Shown here: positions 36,768 to 50,691 of the stretch, one piece after another | Numbering within the stretch: position 1 is the stretch's first letter | Layout: each line of letters starts with the position of its first letter | NCBI RefSeq assembly: GCF_002105155.1 | Contig: NW_019028992.1 | Coordinates: forward strand, 310,001 to 374,000 | Source: Lobosporangium transversale | Lineage: Eukaryota | Length of the DNA stretch: 64,000 nt | Direction: 5' to 3' | The notes under the pieces: generated by a model | Seen by the model: only the letters and a program-made list of their open reading frames with translations | What the model was told of the DNA's origin: nothing | The model's database searches: none | Position numbers and translations under genes: made by a program

Positions 36768-38837
36768 TACCCAAGAAATGTGTCCGAATGGGATTTTTGC
36801 TTCGCATTACCAAACAAGCATAGTGTATAAGTGTACCTATTAATGCCCAAAGAAACTGTTTTTTTAGTACATTTCAAATGCGAATCAGCTATAACAACAG
36901 CAATAGTAAATAACTCACTCTGTGTCAATATAGTCGAAGCACTGATCGACGAGTTTTGCAAAGGCCTCATCTGGACCATAATTCATGCGTAGTTTCCGCT
37001 CTATAGCCTCAATCTCCTCTTTGATTTTCCTCTCGTCTTCCGAGGCCTTATTGTACGTCTCTTGTGTCGATTCTATCTCTATTGTTATTATTAGCTATTG
37101 TTATTTTATCGCTCAACATGAGATCTTTCACTCTTTCTCTTTAAAGCACATTTGTGATAAGGTAGTGTGGTGTACCTGACTTGGTTGGCTTGAATAGGGA
37201 CCCCAGACCTACAGACTTTGCCAAGTATTGAGTATAGTCGTAAAACTTGTCAAGAGTACTTGCTTGCTGTTTGACTTTGAAATGATAGCTGGGATTAGGA
37301 AGTGTATTGACTATTAGCTACTAACTGAAACAACAATAACACCTACTTACCTTGAGCCACAGGGACTTCCATATCCTCCGGGGGGATTTCGATAGGTTCT
37401 TCGCCAACAAACTCATTTTGCTCATCCAACCATGAAGGTGAAAAGTCATCCATGATCTTAATCGCTTTCAGGACCGCTTTATCGTTGTATTCAGTGTTGT
37501 ATCCTTCTTTCATTGCTTTGAGCAACTGGAACATTCTTCCAATCTCCTTTTTGGCTTCATAGGCTTGATCCATTGCTTCATAAAGCTGCTGGATTGCAGT
37601 TAGCTCTTTTTTGCCTCCTTCTCCTTCGTTTTGATAGTTTGCAGCAGCAGCTTCTTCGTCTTCTTCTTCCCGCTTCTTCAGGTCTTCAAGGTATTCATCG
37701 AAGCCAGTGACAGTATTCTTTACAGCGAGGTCATGATAGTTCTTGTTATGGTTTTCCTTAAGCTCCTCAAGGGTCGAACGCAAAAGAGTTTTGATGGTTT
37801 TGGCACGATTCAATCTCTGGGCTTGTTGCTCGATCAAAGGCGCTAACTGGCGATCCCTGGCTGCCTCGCGATCTGCCTTGCTACTTTCTAGGAACTCTTG
37901 TTGTTTTACCTTTGCCTTATCAAGAGCATCTACATTTAGCAACATCAATTGGTAAAAGGGGCGCTGCAAGTCAATAACTTTTATTTTTTTTTTAATTTTT
38001 TTTATTGTTCTTATAGTGATGTGTATCGATATTGCAGTAACGAACAACTTGCCTTGTGCATCAGATGCAGCTTTTTTTATCTGCTCTTCCTTTTTCTGCA
38101 GATCCGTCAATTGAATCTGAAGCCGATCCTTGAGACCCTTTCCATAGGAAATATATTCCTCCCTGATCTTGCTTCCTTCTTTTACAACTTTACGTACGCG
38201 TTCACGCTCTGCTCTGGCCTCTGCTCCTACTTCCTGACAGATGTTGGGACAGCGAATTCCTCCGCTTTCTGCAAATTCATCTGTACCATCACAACATTCA
38301 GGGTCACATACACCGTCGTTTAGCCGCGAGGTCCTTATATAAGCTGGCGCGTGTCCGACATTGGCGCAATAAAAGTACGAGTTCCCACATGCCGCGGTTC
38401 CTTTTATTTTTTTTTTTTATTTTTTTTTTTTTTAGAAGGGTTAGCTGATACTCTCATTAAAAAGTGAGATGTCATTAAAAAAAAAAAAACTACCTGGTTC
38501 GTCCGACCCATCGGGACAGTCGCAGTAGTCGTCATTGACGCCTTTAAATGAGATCGTCTTCGAACCGCCCAAGCACTTCCAATTGCCCTTTTCGTCTGCT
38601 GTATAGAGCTTTTGTCCTGGATGCTCAAAATAAAGATGAAGATATTAAGCACTGTCTTTTTCTATTTGCCTACAAGACACTTTAAACAAAAAAGAATCGC
38701 CTTCAAAGTCTTCGAGGCATACTTGATGGTGCTACTCCACGCGTTTCTTTGTTGCTGTTGTTATGACTACTTCGGCCCTCAACAAGACCCAAGGTTACTG
38801 AGACCAAGACTGGAATGCATGCAACATTGATCTTCAT
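36192..38837 (-). CDS. GTB1: Glucosidase II beta subunit (PRKCSH/Gtb1); spliced
   Basis: Signal peptide; NDDYCDCPDGSDEPGT.ACG, LNDGVCDPECCDGTDE, a coiled coil, MRH domain (GTRCWNGPERSVKV, EPEKCEY) and C-terminal HDEL. Confidence 0.95.
36675..36767. repeat. (AAT)31 microsatellite in a GTB1 intron
   Basis: Perfect trinucleotide repeat abutting the minus-strand GTAATT splice donor. Confidence 0.97.
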
Positions 38838-41090
38838 GGTCAAGGTAGAATTCCCCTCTCGGTATCTGTTTCTCCTTTAATTCTTATTTTTTTTGTCTTC
38901 CACCTAAACACGACTTCAGGTTGAACCAGGTAAAAGAAGAATAATGGGGAAGTTGATGTCAATGGTGCGAATGAGGATGCAGTACAATTAGTGGCCGTTT
39001 ATACGTCACACCATTGGCCCTGCCTCGGGTTTTGTACTCTAACCATATTTGTCTTTCTGTTCCAACACTACCTTTCCTATCCGGGTCGCGTTATGCTTGT
39101 ATTGAGCGCAACTCTACCCAATCTTTTCCACACATCCATCAGTTCTTCATTATTCTGTCTAAGCTGTTCAGCAACTGCTTCCTTTAACTCTCTTCTTTTT
39201 TTTTTTTTTTTTTCTTCAATTTTAGTTGCCATAGCAAAGGCGGTGAAAGGACTCCTTTGAGAGGCTGTCCGAAATGACCGTTGATATCGATCGTGTTTTA
39301 GACCTGCCTGGGTTGAGTACGCGCGTGGTCAGTATTGCTTTTGATATCGGATCCATCGTGGATCTTCTCTGGCAGATACATGTGCGTGCAATTTACTCTA
39401 TACTTGTTACGATCGGAACTCTACCAACAACAACCTCTCTACTTTCAGCCGATATATGAGAATGGAGAGTATCCTTGAATAAAATACAGCCGTACAGTGC
39501 GCACGCCAAATACCAAGTACCATTCGAAGCAGTGGAGCCAAGGAAGCGCAATTATCTCTTGGACCATTTAGAGAGTTCAGCGTTCATCAGCTTATTCTCT
39601 ATACTTCCTACTGACAGAAAACAACCGGTTAATGGCTCCTTGTCGCCAATATGAGACCAGAGTTATGGTGAAGCAATGTTGGTGTTTCAACTCTTTCATT
39701 ATTTTATTTATTTATTGTTGTGATAAACACGAGCTGAAGAACTAGCCTATCTCCAACACGAAACTCTTTCCGAGCTTGGACCATATTCTTCAGGTCCGGA
39801 TAGGTAGCTTTGGATAATTTTTTGTTCTTCATGTATAGCATACTATCCATTCTCTAATAGCTTTCCCGGATGCTGGTTCAAGACTTGTTTCGTTGAAACA
39901 ATGTTCATACGCCAGTGGGCTATGGTTTGTCCAGGCAAGCTTGACAATAATAGGGCCTGGCTATATGATAATGACGATGCACATCTGGATGACGAGACCC
40001 TTGCCTCCTCTCCTTGATCATTGTAATCACTTCGGGATATTAATTAGCACATGGGCTAGAACGAGTTGAAAGTGATTGTAATAATAAAAGATGAGAGAGC
40101 TTGAGAGGTTCTTTATGCTTGTGTCTTCGTGGTTGATAATATAGACCCATTCATTAATGTTTGTAATTTAAGGATGTCTATGATTGGTCAATTGCTCAGG
40201 AGATCTGCTGTGCCTAGTGCCTCTGCGTATCGCTTTACGTTATTCCTCGCTTTTAAGATGCTGAAATATAAAATATTCATAATAGGTTTATAGGCTAGGC
40301 CTCTCAGAATCTTTCTTCTATTAACGAAAAATTGATTGGTAAGGAAGATGAGGCTCAGCACATGTTTGTATAATAGGATCGGCGAAATAGACGGATCCGT
40401 CATCTTTTCAAAAAAAAAAAAAAAAAAAAAAAAAATACAGACGCCGATGGCAGTTTTTTTTTTTTTTTTTTTTTTTTTTTTGGGAGTCCAAGAGTGCAGA
40501 ATGCTTCAAGTATCATTGATCTTCAGTACAATAATGAATAGCGGATAGCTGTGTTTTCTTTCTTATTTTGTCCCCGACACGCTAAAGCCATTTTTATTCT
40601 GTTTTCTTACCCTGTTGAAACGCGACTTGTAAACACATGGATATATAAAAATAATAAATAAAGGTACGGCGATCGATATTCCGCCTCTGCTGAGCCAAGG
40701 CATGTAAACACTTTTTTTTAATCTAAACAACAAAACACGCACTTCATTGTCTCAACCTCAGCATCAACAGCGTTTCCAAAATGAGAGCATGCTCCCTTTC
40801 TCTTTCCCTCCTTTCCTGTCCTTTGTCCTGACTATTGGCGTACAGGCAATCAACAGCGCACAGGAACATTCCTAAATGCATAAATGCACAAAGGCAAAGA
40901 AAGAAAGGCGTTGGCCATGGGGCCTCGCCCATTTCTACCAGTCCAGAATAAGATCAAAGTGTTTTATTTTTTGTTTGCCGATTCTTTGGACCATCCTTAA
41001 TCGGATTCAGGAAATTTAAGGTTGATACTTGACCTCGTCATTTGAGAATGACTGGCGGAGCTCAAGCACACAAACACAATGTTCCCAACG

Positions 41091-41121
<31 letters not shown>

Positions 41122-41185
41122 CCGATTTCTTGTTTTATCAGTCCGCCACTCAATCCAGTCTATGAGATAGTCTAACGATGTTCTC

Positions 41186-41217
<32 letters not shown>

Positions 41218-43117
41218 GAATGACCTCTTCTTTTCTTTTCTTTTCTTTTCTTTTTTATCCTTTGCTATAAAAAACAACAAAAACAATAAACAGTTGTCTT
41301 TATCGCTCTTTAAACCCAAGAGATCATTTCAAACAAGGGCGGGAGCACATACCAAGGGAGAAGAGCCCTCGTCATAAACAATATTGTATATATATATTTA
41401 TTGGTTTTTTTATTCATTATTTATACAATATACTATTATTATTATTTTTGATGGAGTGATCGATGCGCAACAATGTTTTGTGTCTCACAGCTACTTCAGA
41501 GGTTCTGGAATAGAGACGTGGTCCTTGTGGCGTTAGTCTAAAAGATCGCAATACATTTTTATTTATACAAGTACACAGTGAATGCAGATTATGTTTATAT
41601 TTGCAGATGGATGAATGATTGATGCTGGATGTTGGGTTTGATTTTAGTGCAACGTCAAGTCAACACCAATCGAGTGGATTCAATTCCTGATGGCCTCCTT
41701 TCTCTCTGCCTCTCTGTCTTGGAGAAAATTAATAAAAAAAAAAAAAAAAGGTGATCTATCCATATAAATACACTTTTACTATTGTTTTGTGCTCTTTGCT
41801 TTGTCTAGCTGGAAAAAAAAAAAAAAAAGAAAGAAATGAAAAATAAAAACGAGGGACTATAACTTTTGAGCATTGCTCAAACAACGCAAGCGGTTGCTCG
41901 CAGAAAGAAAAAAAAACATTAACTCTAAAATTTGTCTAGTTACGCTTGTTAGGAGGGAAAAAATGATGGTGATAGCTTGACAAATAAGCCTTTAACCTTT
42001 AATAGAGCGAGAGTACCCTGGGGATGCAACACAAGTGTGGAGAGGCATTCAATTTTGTATTGAAATAAAAATACTCCCATCTATGCACACACATATATAT
42101 AATATTAACAACTTGCTCTCACTCTTGCTCTTTTTCTTCATATTGGGGAAGTGGGAGTGAGAGTGGGCCCAGAACAAATATACAAAAGGTATTATTTAGA
42201 TCTTCCTAAACTCTCATTATCATTCGGATGCATTTTTCCCAATGCAGAACCTTAGGTGGGGACATCAATCAAAACACTGATGAGGAGTCGTACCTTCTAA
42301 GGCCCTAGGCTCCCTCACCATTGCCTCTGTCTTTACTTTTTTTATTTTTTAGCTCACTTGTACCTTTGCAATCAACCTAAACGAAGCACAGCAGTGGCTA
42401 CTCAGTACAGGATGAAAGCAAAAGTAGGTAGATACGAAGTGACTTTCAAGGACTTGTCAACTCTTATTACTCAATTGCTCGAAGCACTGATTGTGTGGAG
42501 AAGGTTAATGTCATGTATGGGATGACAAACATTGCAGGGAAGACAGACGTAGGAGATGGAGAAACAGAACAGAGCATTGTGTGCATGTGTAGGAGTGGAA
42601 TAAAAAAAGAGATTGAGGTGGATAGTGCGAGTATGCATTTCGTGTCAATAATACATGTAAATCAAAAGTGCATGTATTCCATGGCATGTACAACGGGTTC
42701 ACAATGAATGCAAAACCATACCCATCGGTCAACCTTAATTCGAGGACCTTTTGTTACGCCATTTCAAGAAGGTCAAAAAAAAAAAAAAAAGAGCAGTGAG
42801 AACATTCAATGAATGGTTTGCATTGTAACGGCTTAATAATTCTTTTTGGGAATCCCTATCGTTTGTATCCTTTTGCTTTCTTTTCTCTTCCATTCTTCCT
42901 TCTTCCTCGCTCTGTCTCTTGCTGCTTATAACGATTGCAAACTCATTCTCATTCATTTCCATTCGTTTCATTCAACTCACTGCTTCTCTTCAGCCTACTA
43001 CCTGTTTATCTGTTTTGACATTCCCACATCAAAGCGTACACGCATTTACGACTCCTAATCCCTAATTGATTTTTTGTTCACTCGCCATCATATCCGCTTC
43101 GTCGGCAGCATCCTTAA

Positions 43118-44872
43118 ATGACATTCGACCAATCTTCATCTTCCTCACATCGCACTCAGCGCGCACGCAGCATGGCCACAGATACACGAAAGAGCCGCGA
43201 CACTGTCCACAACCGCAATTACTACAGTCATGAAATTAATACTCTCCCCCCTCTTCCCACTCTCGATACATCATCGCCCTTCCATGGTCCACCACATGAG
43301 GTTGACCTCTACAGTCGACCCATATCACCGCCCTTACCAGCATCACCTATAAGCTCCATTGATCCAAAAAGGGAGACCAAGGCAGTACAGCGTCAAAAGA
43401 AGGAACAAATGGTACTCAAACTCCAGCAACAGCAACAAACCTTGGAGAAGCTAAGGTTGGAGAGGCAAGAAAAGATTGAACGACAGCAAGCGAAAGTGGA
43501 ACGCAAGCACAAAAGAAACGAGTACAGGCAAATGTATCATGATCAATACAATTATCAACAGCAGATGGAGGAACGTAGAGCCGAGAAACGCCAGCAACTC
43601 TCTTTACCCATATATACCACACCAACGTTCTCATCCACATCCTCAGGAAATAGTAGTAACACACTCTTACCTCCAACAAACGAGATCTATTATCACTCCA
43701 GTCGATACTACCATCGCAATCGTCCTTCACATCAAAGCAGAGAGCACTGCCAACACCATCATCATGACAGTCTCTCCTCTTCAAACTCGGGCAGCTCTTT
43801 CCGCAAAGTGGATCTGCCAGACGAAAAGATGCGTTCTCTCAGCTTGAAGAGTCATTCTACAAAGTCCATGTATGATCTCCGGCATTGGACAGGCGCACCT
43901 CAGTCACCTACATATGACTACCATTCAGGATATGATAGTGATGACACAGCCATGTCCCATGGGTGGGATTCGCTCATGGACACATTACACTCTCCTGTTA
44001 TACCCTCCGCCATGAGTTCGCCCCCCATCATTTCACCTGGGTCAGAAAGTTGTTTTAAGGACGAAACAGACATGGATCAACTGGACTCTTGTCTGAATAG
44101 TCTCTCGCTCTCGCATGAAGACTGCAAGAATGGCAATGGCAGATATCTACTAGGTAGGTTTTTATTTTTATTTTTTATTTTTTCTTCCACCCTTCTGTTT
44201 TCTATCCTGTTATAATCAAATATGAAAAATCGGCGTGTACACAGTCTGTTTACTCAATATGGCCATACAAAACATTCAACAACGTAATTCCATCACTTCT
44301 ATTCCCCATTCCTCTACTCATACATCTCATTATAATTCGACCGTTCCTTTAATCCCCTTTTATCACATTTTTGTGGTGATGATATCCAGACTGATGAGGC
44401 TGATGACTGTGCGCGAGTGAAGGTGCGTGCGCATCACGCATCTCACATTAATATAGTCGATTCTCATGTTTAATTGTGCAAGTCAGCACAGACGTTTTTT
44501 TATTTGTTGTTATTGTTTTTGTGGATCATAAAACAGTTGTAGATGGATCTACTGACCTCCATGTTATTGCAGATTAATTGACATGATGCCTATTCATTGC
44601 CCACGTTTCTCCTGTTATATAACATCTTTAGTGCTGGGAGCTAATGGTAGGACAGGGATTGAGATTGTGAAGCAAGGTCTAGACCGCAATTACAGGGTGA
44701 CCGCCTTTGTCAGGGACGACAAGGTGCTCCTCGAAGATAGCAGCCTTCGCAAGAATCAGAATCTTCTTATCGTCCGAGGTTCTCCAACGTGTCAAGCAGA
44801 TGTTGACCGTTGTGTCGAAGGCCAAGATGCTGTCATTAATGTGATTGGAGTATGTTTAATCTAACGAACGAG

Positions 44873-44903
<31 letters not shown>

Positions 44904-45658
44904 AAATTTATTTATTTATTTTCTAACAACGAAACATTTCCACTTCCACTCTACAGGCACGGCTCATGTCAAACGACACGACCATCAGCTCTCATTCACA
45001 AGTTGTATTGAACAATGCTATGAAGAAACATGGTATGTATTTAGGATGCTTTATTCTTTGAAACATCTAATGCATGTGTGCCTATCATGTACTCGATATA
45101 CTCATTTTCATTTATTTTAATTTTGATTCAGGCGTGAAACGATTGATTGTTGTGACATCTTATGGATGCCTTGGGCTCCGGAACTACTTGATCAGCACCA
45201 AGAAGTTGTTTTCTCGTATGTTCATGACTGGCATCTTGAAGGATAAGGTCCTTCAAGAGGATATTATTCAGCGCGACACCACGTTTCTCGACTGGACTAT
45301 TGTTCGTCCTATCACTCTAAAGGATGGAGAGCTCTCTGAGAGATATTGGGTCAGCTCTGATGAACTTCCTAGTACAAGCAAAGTCAAGGTCCTCACCCGG
45401 CGCGACCTTGCTCATTATCTATTATCAATCATCAATTCGCCCGGCGAGCATCATGCGATTCGTAGTATCGCTGGTAAACCCAGAAGTGAAATAGTGAAGC
45501 AGCAGAGCAATATGACAGAGAAAAAACGGGAAGTGATGTGGACGACAGAGCCAGCAAGGCAGCAACAACAGCAGCAGCAAAAGGAACAAGGAGAGTTGGA
45601 GAGGAAGCAGATCCTGCTGCAGGCACAGCAGCCACCACATATGAAAGTTGTAGCATAG
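43118..45658 (+). CDS. NAD(P)H-binding flavin/biliverdin reductase B-like protein with a ~340-aa disordered N-terminal extension; spliced
   Basis: Exon 1 (43118-44153) splices in frame to 44632, giving RYLLVLGANGRTG. Further motifs VTAFVRD, VEGQDAVINVIG, GVKRLIVVTS, DWTIVRP and LTRRDLAHY. Confidence 0.85.
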
Positions 45659-46410
45659 AACCATATCCCTCCAGCCATAGCGCACCTGTCTACAAGGCCG
45701 AATTTGACATAGTTGTCAAACAAGCTTTCCGCATATTTAAATAGCCCTCTATAAATCTAATACAGTAGACATGGGCGACACATGGTGAAAACAAGAATAG
45801 TATAAACTTTTGTTGATAGTGGCTCTATCCGTCTATGCTATGGAAATAGTAAAATGAAGTGCATAAGCTAAAGGTTGGAGGGAGTCCATGTATGCTATGA
45901 GCCAGAGTTGTGCCTTGGAGGTGTCCGATACAGACTTTACCTCAAGTGGCTGTGCCACCGCATGTCCTATCCTTTCCAAGCTTTGCTGCCTTGATCCAAC
46001 CCAAAATTTTTACTTCACCCAACAAAAAAAAAACCATCCAGACAGAAGGATGAGAAGAGTCCATCGATCCTGCAGGGGAAAGGATAGTTTGACAGTTTAC
46101 TCCTTTCGCTTGATTTTAAGTAAAAGACAAAAGAGACAATGTGGCTAACTTTTGATACACATTATATATCTATTTCTCCACATCTTTTTTGTTGTACAGA
46201 ACTAAGGACTTGTGCGGCCATGGTCACAAGAGCAAGCCTCGGCCCTGAACTCAAAGCCAATTAAATCTCACCCAGCCTCCAGGTACATGTTCAGGTACAG
46301 GCCGATCAGCCCCTCACTCACTCACTCTCACTCTCACTTCCTCATTCTCATTCTCTTTTTTACATCATCTTGCAAAAAAAAAAAAAAAAAAAAAAAGATT
46401 CATTTCAGCC

Positions 46411-47892
46411 ATGCACAGCTCAGCACCCACAGACACGACGCCGTTGCTCAGCAATAATACTACCAATAATGTTGACGACAAGAAAGGTGGTGTGCGACAA
46501 CGGTTGTTGAAAATGACTCCACTACAGAGCTTTATCACACTCCTCTGTTTAGCAGCGACTGTCGCCTTATGTGTTTTCTTGATGCTTAAATATACTCTCC
46601 CCAGGGACTTGCCAGAGTAAGAGCCCTGCTAACATGACTCTCATAGTAATAACAATACGCAACGTGGCATTGATCTCATCCCTTTTTATTTTTTCTCCAT
46701 GCTCGAAATAGTGATCAGCGCAAGTGGATCAAGTTCCCTCGAAATGCAGAGGATGTGCAACACTTGAGTATTGTTCTTGAAGCCTACCTTGCTCAACACT
46801 ACTATCAAGTCCTTATTTGCTTCGTCACTACCTACGTGTCGTAAGTTGGATCTTCAACCTTTTATTATTCTTGCTTACGCTGGACTACAGACGAAGATTG
46901 TATCTTAGCGCTTTTTTTATTTTATTTTGTTAGTCTGCAAGCATTTGCGGTTCCTGGAACTGTGATGTTGTCAGTACTTGGTGGTGCACTGTTCAAGTTC
47001 TGGGTTGGCCTTGCTGCAGTCTTGTTTAGCTGCGGATTCGGTGCGTTGTGCTGCTACACTATCTCTTACTATCTTGGCTATCCCATCGTGGAGAAGTATC
47101 TCCGGGCTAGGATGACAAAGCTTCAAGTCAAGGTACATGAAGGAGAAAGGGAAAGGGCTTCATAAAGTGGGAGGGGAAAGAAGAGGCTAGCGTACCATGA
47201 TCACGTCGCAACACTCCCCATCCTCCAACGCTTTATTGCAAAGATCAATGCAATGATACTAACAAAAAAACCCCCTCGGACTTTTTTTTTTTTTTTTTTT
47301 TTTTTTTCAATGCATTCTAGATTGATGCCAAAAGAGATCAACTCTTCTTTTACTTTGCTTTCCTGCGTGTTACGCCGTTCATCCCCAGTAAGCATCCAAA
47401 GATTGGCTATGTTATGCATATACATGTTCATCTATTGAGGATTAAACAAACAGGAAGACTGAACTGCGATTTTTATTTTTCGTATATAAAAAAAAAAAAA
47501 AGACTGGTTTATGAATGTTGCTTCATGCCACTTGGGAATCCCTGTACTCGTCTTCTTTTTCGGAACCCTCGGTAAGTTCCCACGGAATTGATTGTTCACC
47601 CCTTGACCTTTGCTTCTACTTCTATCTACTCATTAAAAAAAATATATTTATACCTTCGTATCCAGTTGGTGTTCTGCCCAACTCTCTAGTGACAGTACAG
47701 GCTGGAGCGACATTGGCAGCATTGGCTTCTCCCGATGACTTTACGCTGTTCACGCCTCAAAACATCATTATGACTGTCGTTATCTGCATCTGCTTACTCT
47801 TGCCGATTATCCTGCATCGCCATGCTGATGATCCTTTGGCAACCCCGAAAGCTGACTCTGAAGAACAGGAGGATCCCCTTGCCAGAGTTTAA
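46411..47892 (+). CDS. TMEM41B/Tvp38-like VTT (DedA/SNARE-associated Golgi) membrane protein; spliced
   Basis: KFPRNAEDVQ, LQAFAVPGTVMLSVLGGALF, FLRVTPFIP..FMNVAS.HLGIP and GVLPNS..TVQAG. Confidence 0.9.
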
Positions 47893-48997
47893 AATACACT
47901 GTTTATTTATATATATACCATGTGTTCAAATTATTTATTGTTGTTGTTAGTTAAGTGAGGAAATATATAATATGGCTTCATTATAGAAATACAGTACTTT
48001 TACCTCTCTTTTTTGTTTATTCATTCAGAACAAGACTTGGGGGACACGTTATGCTGGTGCGACTGTCTGACCAGACGTTCCTATCGAGGATGATCTCAAT
48101 ATAATCGGCACTACTATAAAAAACATGAATTCAGTACTTGTGGCCTGAAAAATTTAAAGGCCATGATTCTTTTCAGTTATGGTATATCTATACTTCAGCA
48201 ATATGCATCATGAGAGCTATGCCTGAAAAGAGAGACTATAGAAGTACAGAGGATGGTTTGACAGCGCCAAGTGTGTTTTACGAACAGACTAGTTGATATG
48301 ATTTGAAAAATAAAGCGCCTGGGGTGATATCGAATATTTTTTTAGTTGTAAAACGCGTGATCATTTTCTTCATAGAGATTTTGTGGCTGAAGGCTCCAAA
48401 ATGCCTTGGGTGTCTCTGCACTGCTTTACTTCTTGATGTTCCGCAAAAGTTTAGCATGTTGGTTGCCTCGACCAGCTAGCACTGATTCGATGTGTTCAGA
48501 AGATTGACAAACTTCTCCTTGTAGAACGCTTGGATACGGGCTTTTGTTGATCTGTTCGTACAGGATACGAAGGACATATTGTACTCGTAGGTCGTGCATG
48601 CGCGTCAAATGGCTCTGTGATGTGTGCAATCCTGGTTGCAAGTATGTGACCTCACTCTGCATTCATGAGAAGGTTCATCAGTCTCTGGGTATTATTGGCC
48701 ATAAAACATTTAACAGATATATGTATCTTTTCATTAAAGATTATGGCTAGGGCTTCAGAGTTTATATACATCTACAAAGGATCGCTGATATAATGCACTA
48801 GACATTTTTGAGGAAAGACAGTTGACAGCACTATTGAGCAATTGCTTAAACACTTTGGTGTCATTGTTTATTGGGGATATACAAGGGGATGGCGAAACAC
48901 ACCGGCAACTCAACAAATAGAAACGTAACCCTCTTCCCTTTTTCTATTTGCGACGTTACTTTAACTATGGAGGGAGGGAGGAAGGTGAGGAAAGACT

Positions 48998-50691
48998 TTA
49001 TCCGCTAAAGCTACTCAACTCGATAACGAAAGCAAGAGACAGCTTAGCGAATTGCATCATATGGTTGTAATCAATCAATGGAAGGTCATCCTCGGCAGTA
49101 TGGAATAAAGGGTTATCATCGATAGCTTCGATCGCAAATGAGGCACGATAGCCATATTTGGTCCAAGAAGCATGGTCAGAGCCTAGTTAGGTGTATTGGT
49201 TGTCGCGAAAAGATGAGGAAGGAGAAAGCGTTATGCCAATAATAATGTTATCTTTGTCTTTAACAAGTACCCATCATTGTGCCTATGAATTTTATCCATA
49301 CTGAAACTTACATCCATAGCCGCACTCATTCTCGCGGACATCGATGTCAGCATAAGTTTCGGCATATAACTAAGAGGGAGACATAAGGATGGAAGGAGAA
49401 ATTCAATCATCTACCCAACAATGAGGTTATTGTAACAAGCAAACAGAGAGCGAAATATGAAACATACCTTGATAAGAGCGGTCAACTCGGGATCAACGAA
49501 ATCGGTAACAAGAGCAAAGTGTGGAGGGTATTTTTTACCAGTGTATGCGGTCATATCGTTCTGTTATAATTGAAAGGGAAATTATGCATCGCAAAAAAGG
49601 GATATTACGAAAATGTCTACAGAAGATCTCATTGATCTGGCATATACTTCATTAGCTTTGGACCTTTTTTTTCCTCCTTACCTGGAGCATGGCATATGCC
49701 TCAATGCCATTTCTGTTGTAGCGCTCAGCAATATCCTGAGAGCCTAACAGACCACCTTCTTCGCCCGCATACCAGTGGAACTCGATGGGACGAACCGGTT
49801 TGAAACCGCCATTGAGGAGAGCGCGGAAGACCTCAAGGATAACAACAGTACCAGAGCCATCATCATCTGCTCCAGGAGCACGTCCATGAATAGGGTTGTT
49901 CGAATTGATAGAATCTAGGTGAGCACCAAGGATAATGGGAGCATCCTTCAAATGAGGATCTGTACCCTCGATTCGAGCTATCGCAGTAATATTCAGGAAA
50001 AAAGAGAAAAAAGGGTAAATATTAGTATACACAATTTATATTATAACCTTACAGTTGAAGGGATACTTTTTTTTTATCTCCTTACCAATTATGGAAAACT
50101 GGATGAAGCTATGCTTGAATCGACGGACACTGGCTTTAGATTTTTTGCTGGTCTTGGAAATAATGTTACTGATTCGTCTTTGGAGCCACTTGGCGGAAGC
50201 AAGGCCAGTCTGCACCTCGTAATAGCGGTTGTGGAACTTAGTAAATGGGACCAGGACAGACTCCATGTTCTCAATCTTCAACTTGCCCACATATCGAGCG
50301 AACGTGGACTGCTGAGAGACAGTTGTTGGAAGAGCTATCGCAACGAAGAAATAAAAAAAAAAGAACAAGTCTGAATGAACGGTCGTTATAATAATCATTG
50401 TCATTGTTATTACTTTTTTCAGAATATTTGTACTCATCGACACAACGTACGCTTCTTTTGTAGCACGGCAAGAGCATTAACATTCTCAGCTTGCTGATGA
50501 TCAGTAATATCCATAAAGCCAACATTCTTCTGGATGAGGTCCAATCTTTCCTTTTCAGTGGTCCAGAAGGGGTCTTTGTCAACGCTAGTGCGGATGAGAC
50601 GCAGAGATTCCGAGTTTTCGGCTGGGACTGTAGGAACTGCAAAGGCAACAGCAACCAGTGAAAGTATGACCAGAGAATATAGCCTGACCAT
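48998..50691 (-). CDS. Secreted leucine aminopeptidase (peptidase M28), copy 1; spliced
   Basis: Signal peptide and propeptide (GFMDITD), FHNRYY, GAHLDS, PGADDDGSG, EFHWYAGEEGGLLGS, NDMT, CSDHASW and HT. The metal ligands appear intact. Confidence 0.95.

Noticed and set aside
38995..39020. CCAAT plus TGACGT upstream of GTB1 as a UPR element
   Set aside because: The spacing does not fit known ERSE/UPRE consensus, and such short motifs occur by chance.
39100..40080. Coding-like composition, possibly an old pseudogene
   Set aside because: No sustained ORF or recognisable motif on either strand.
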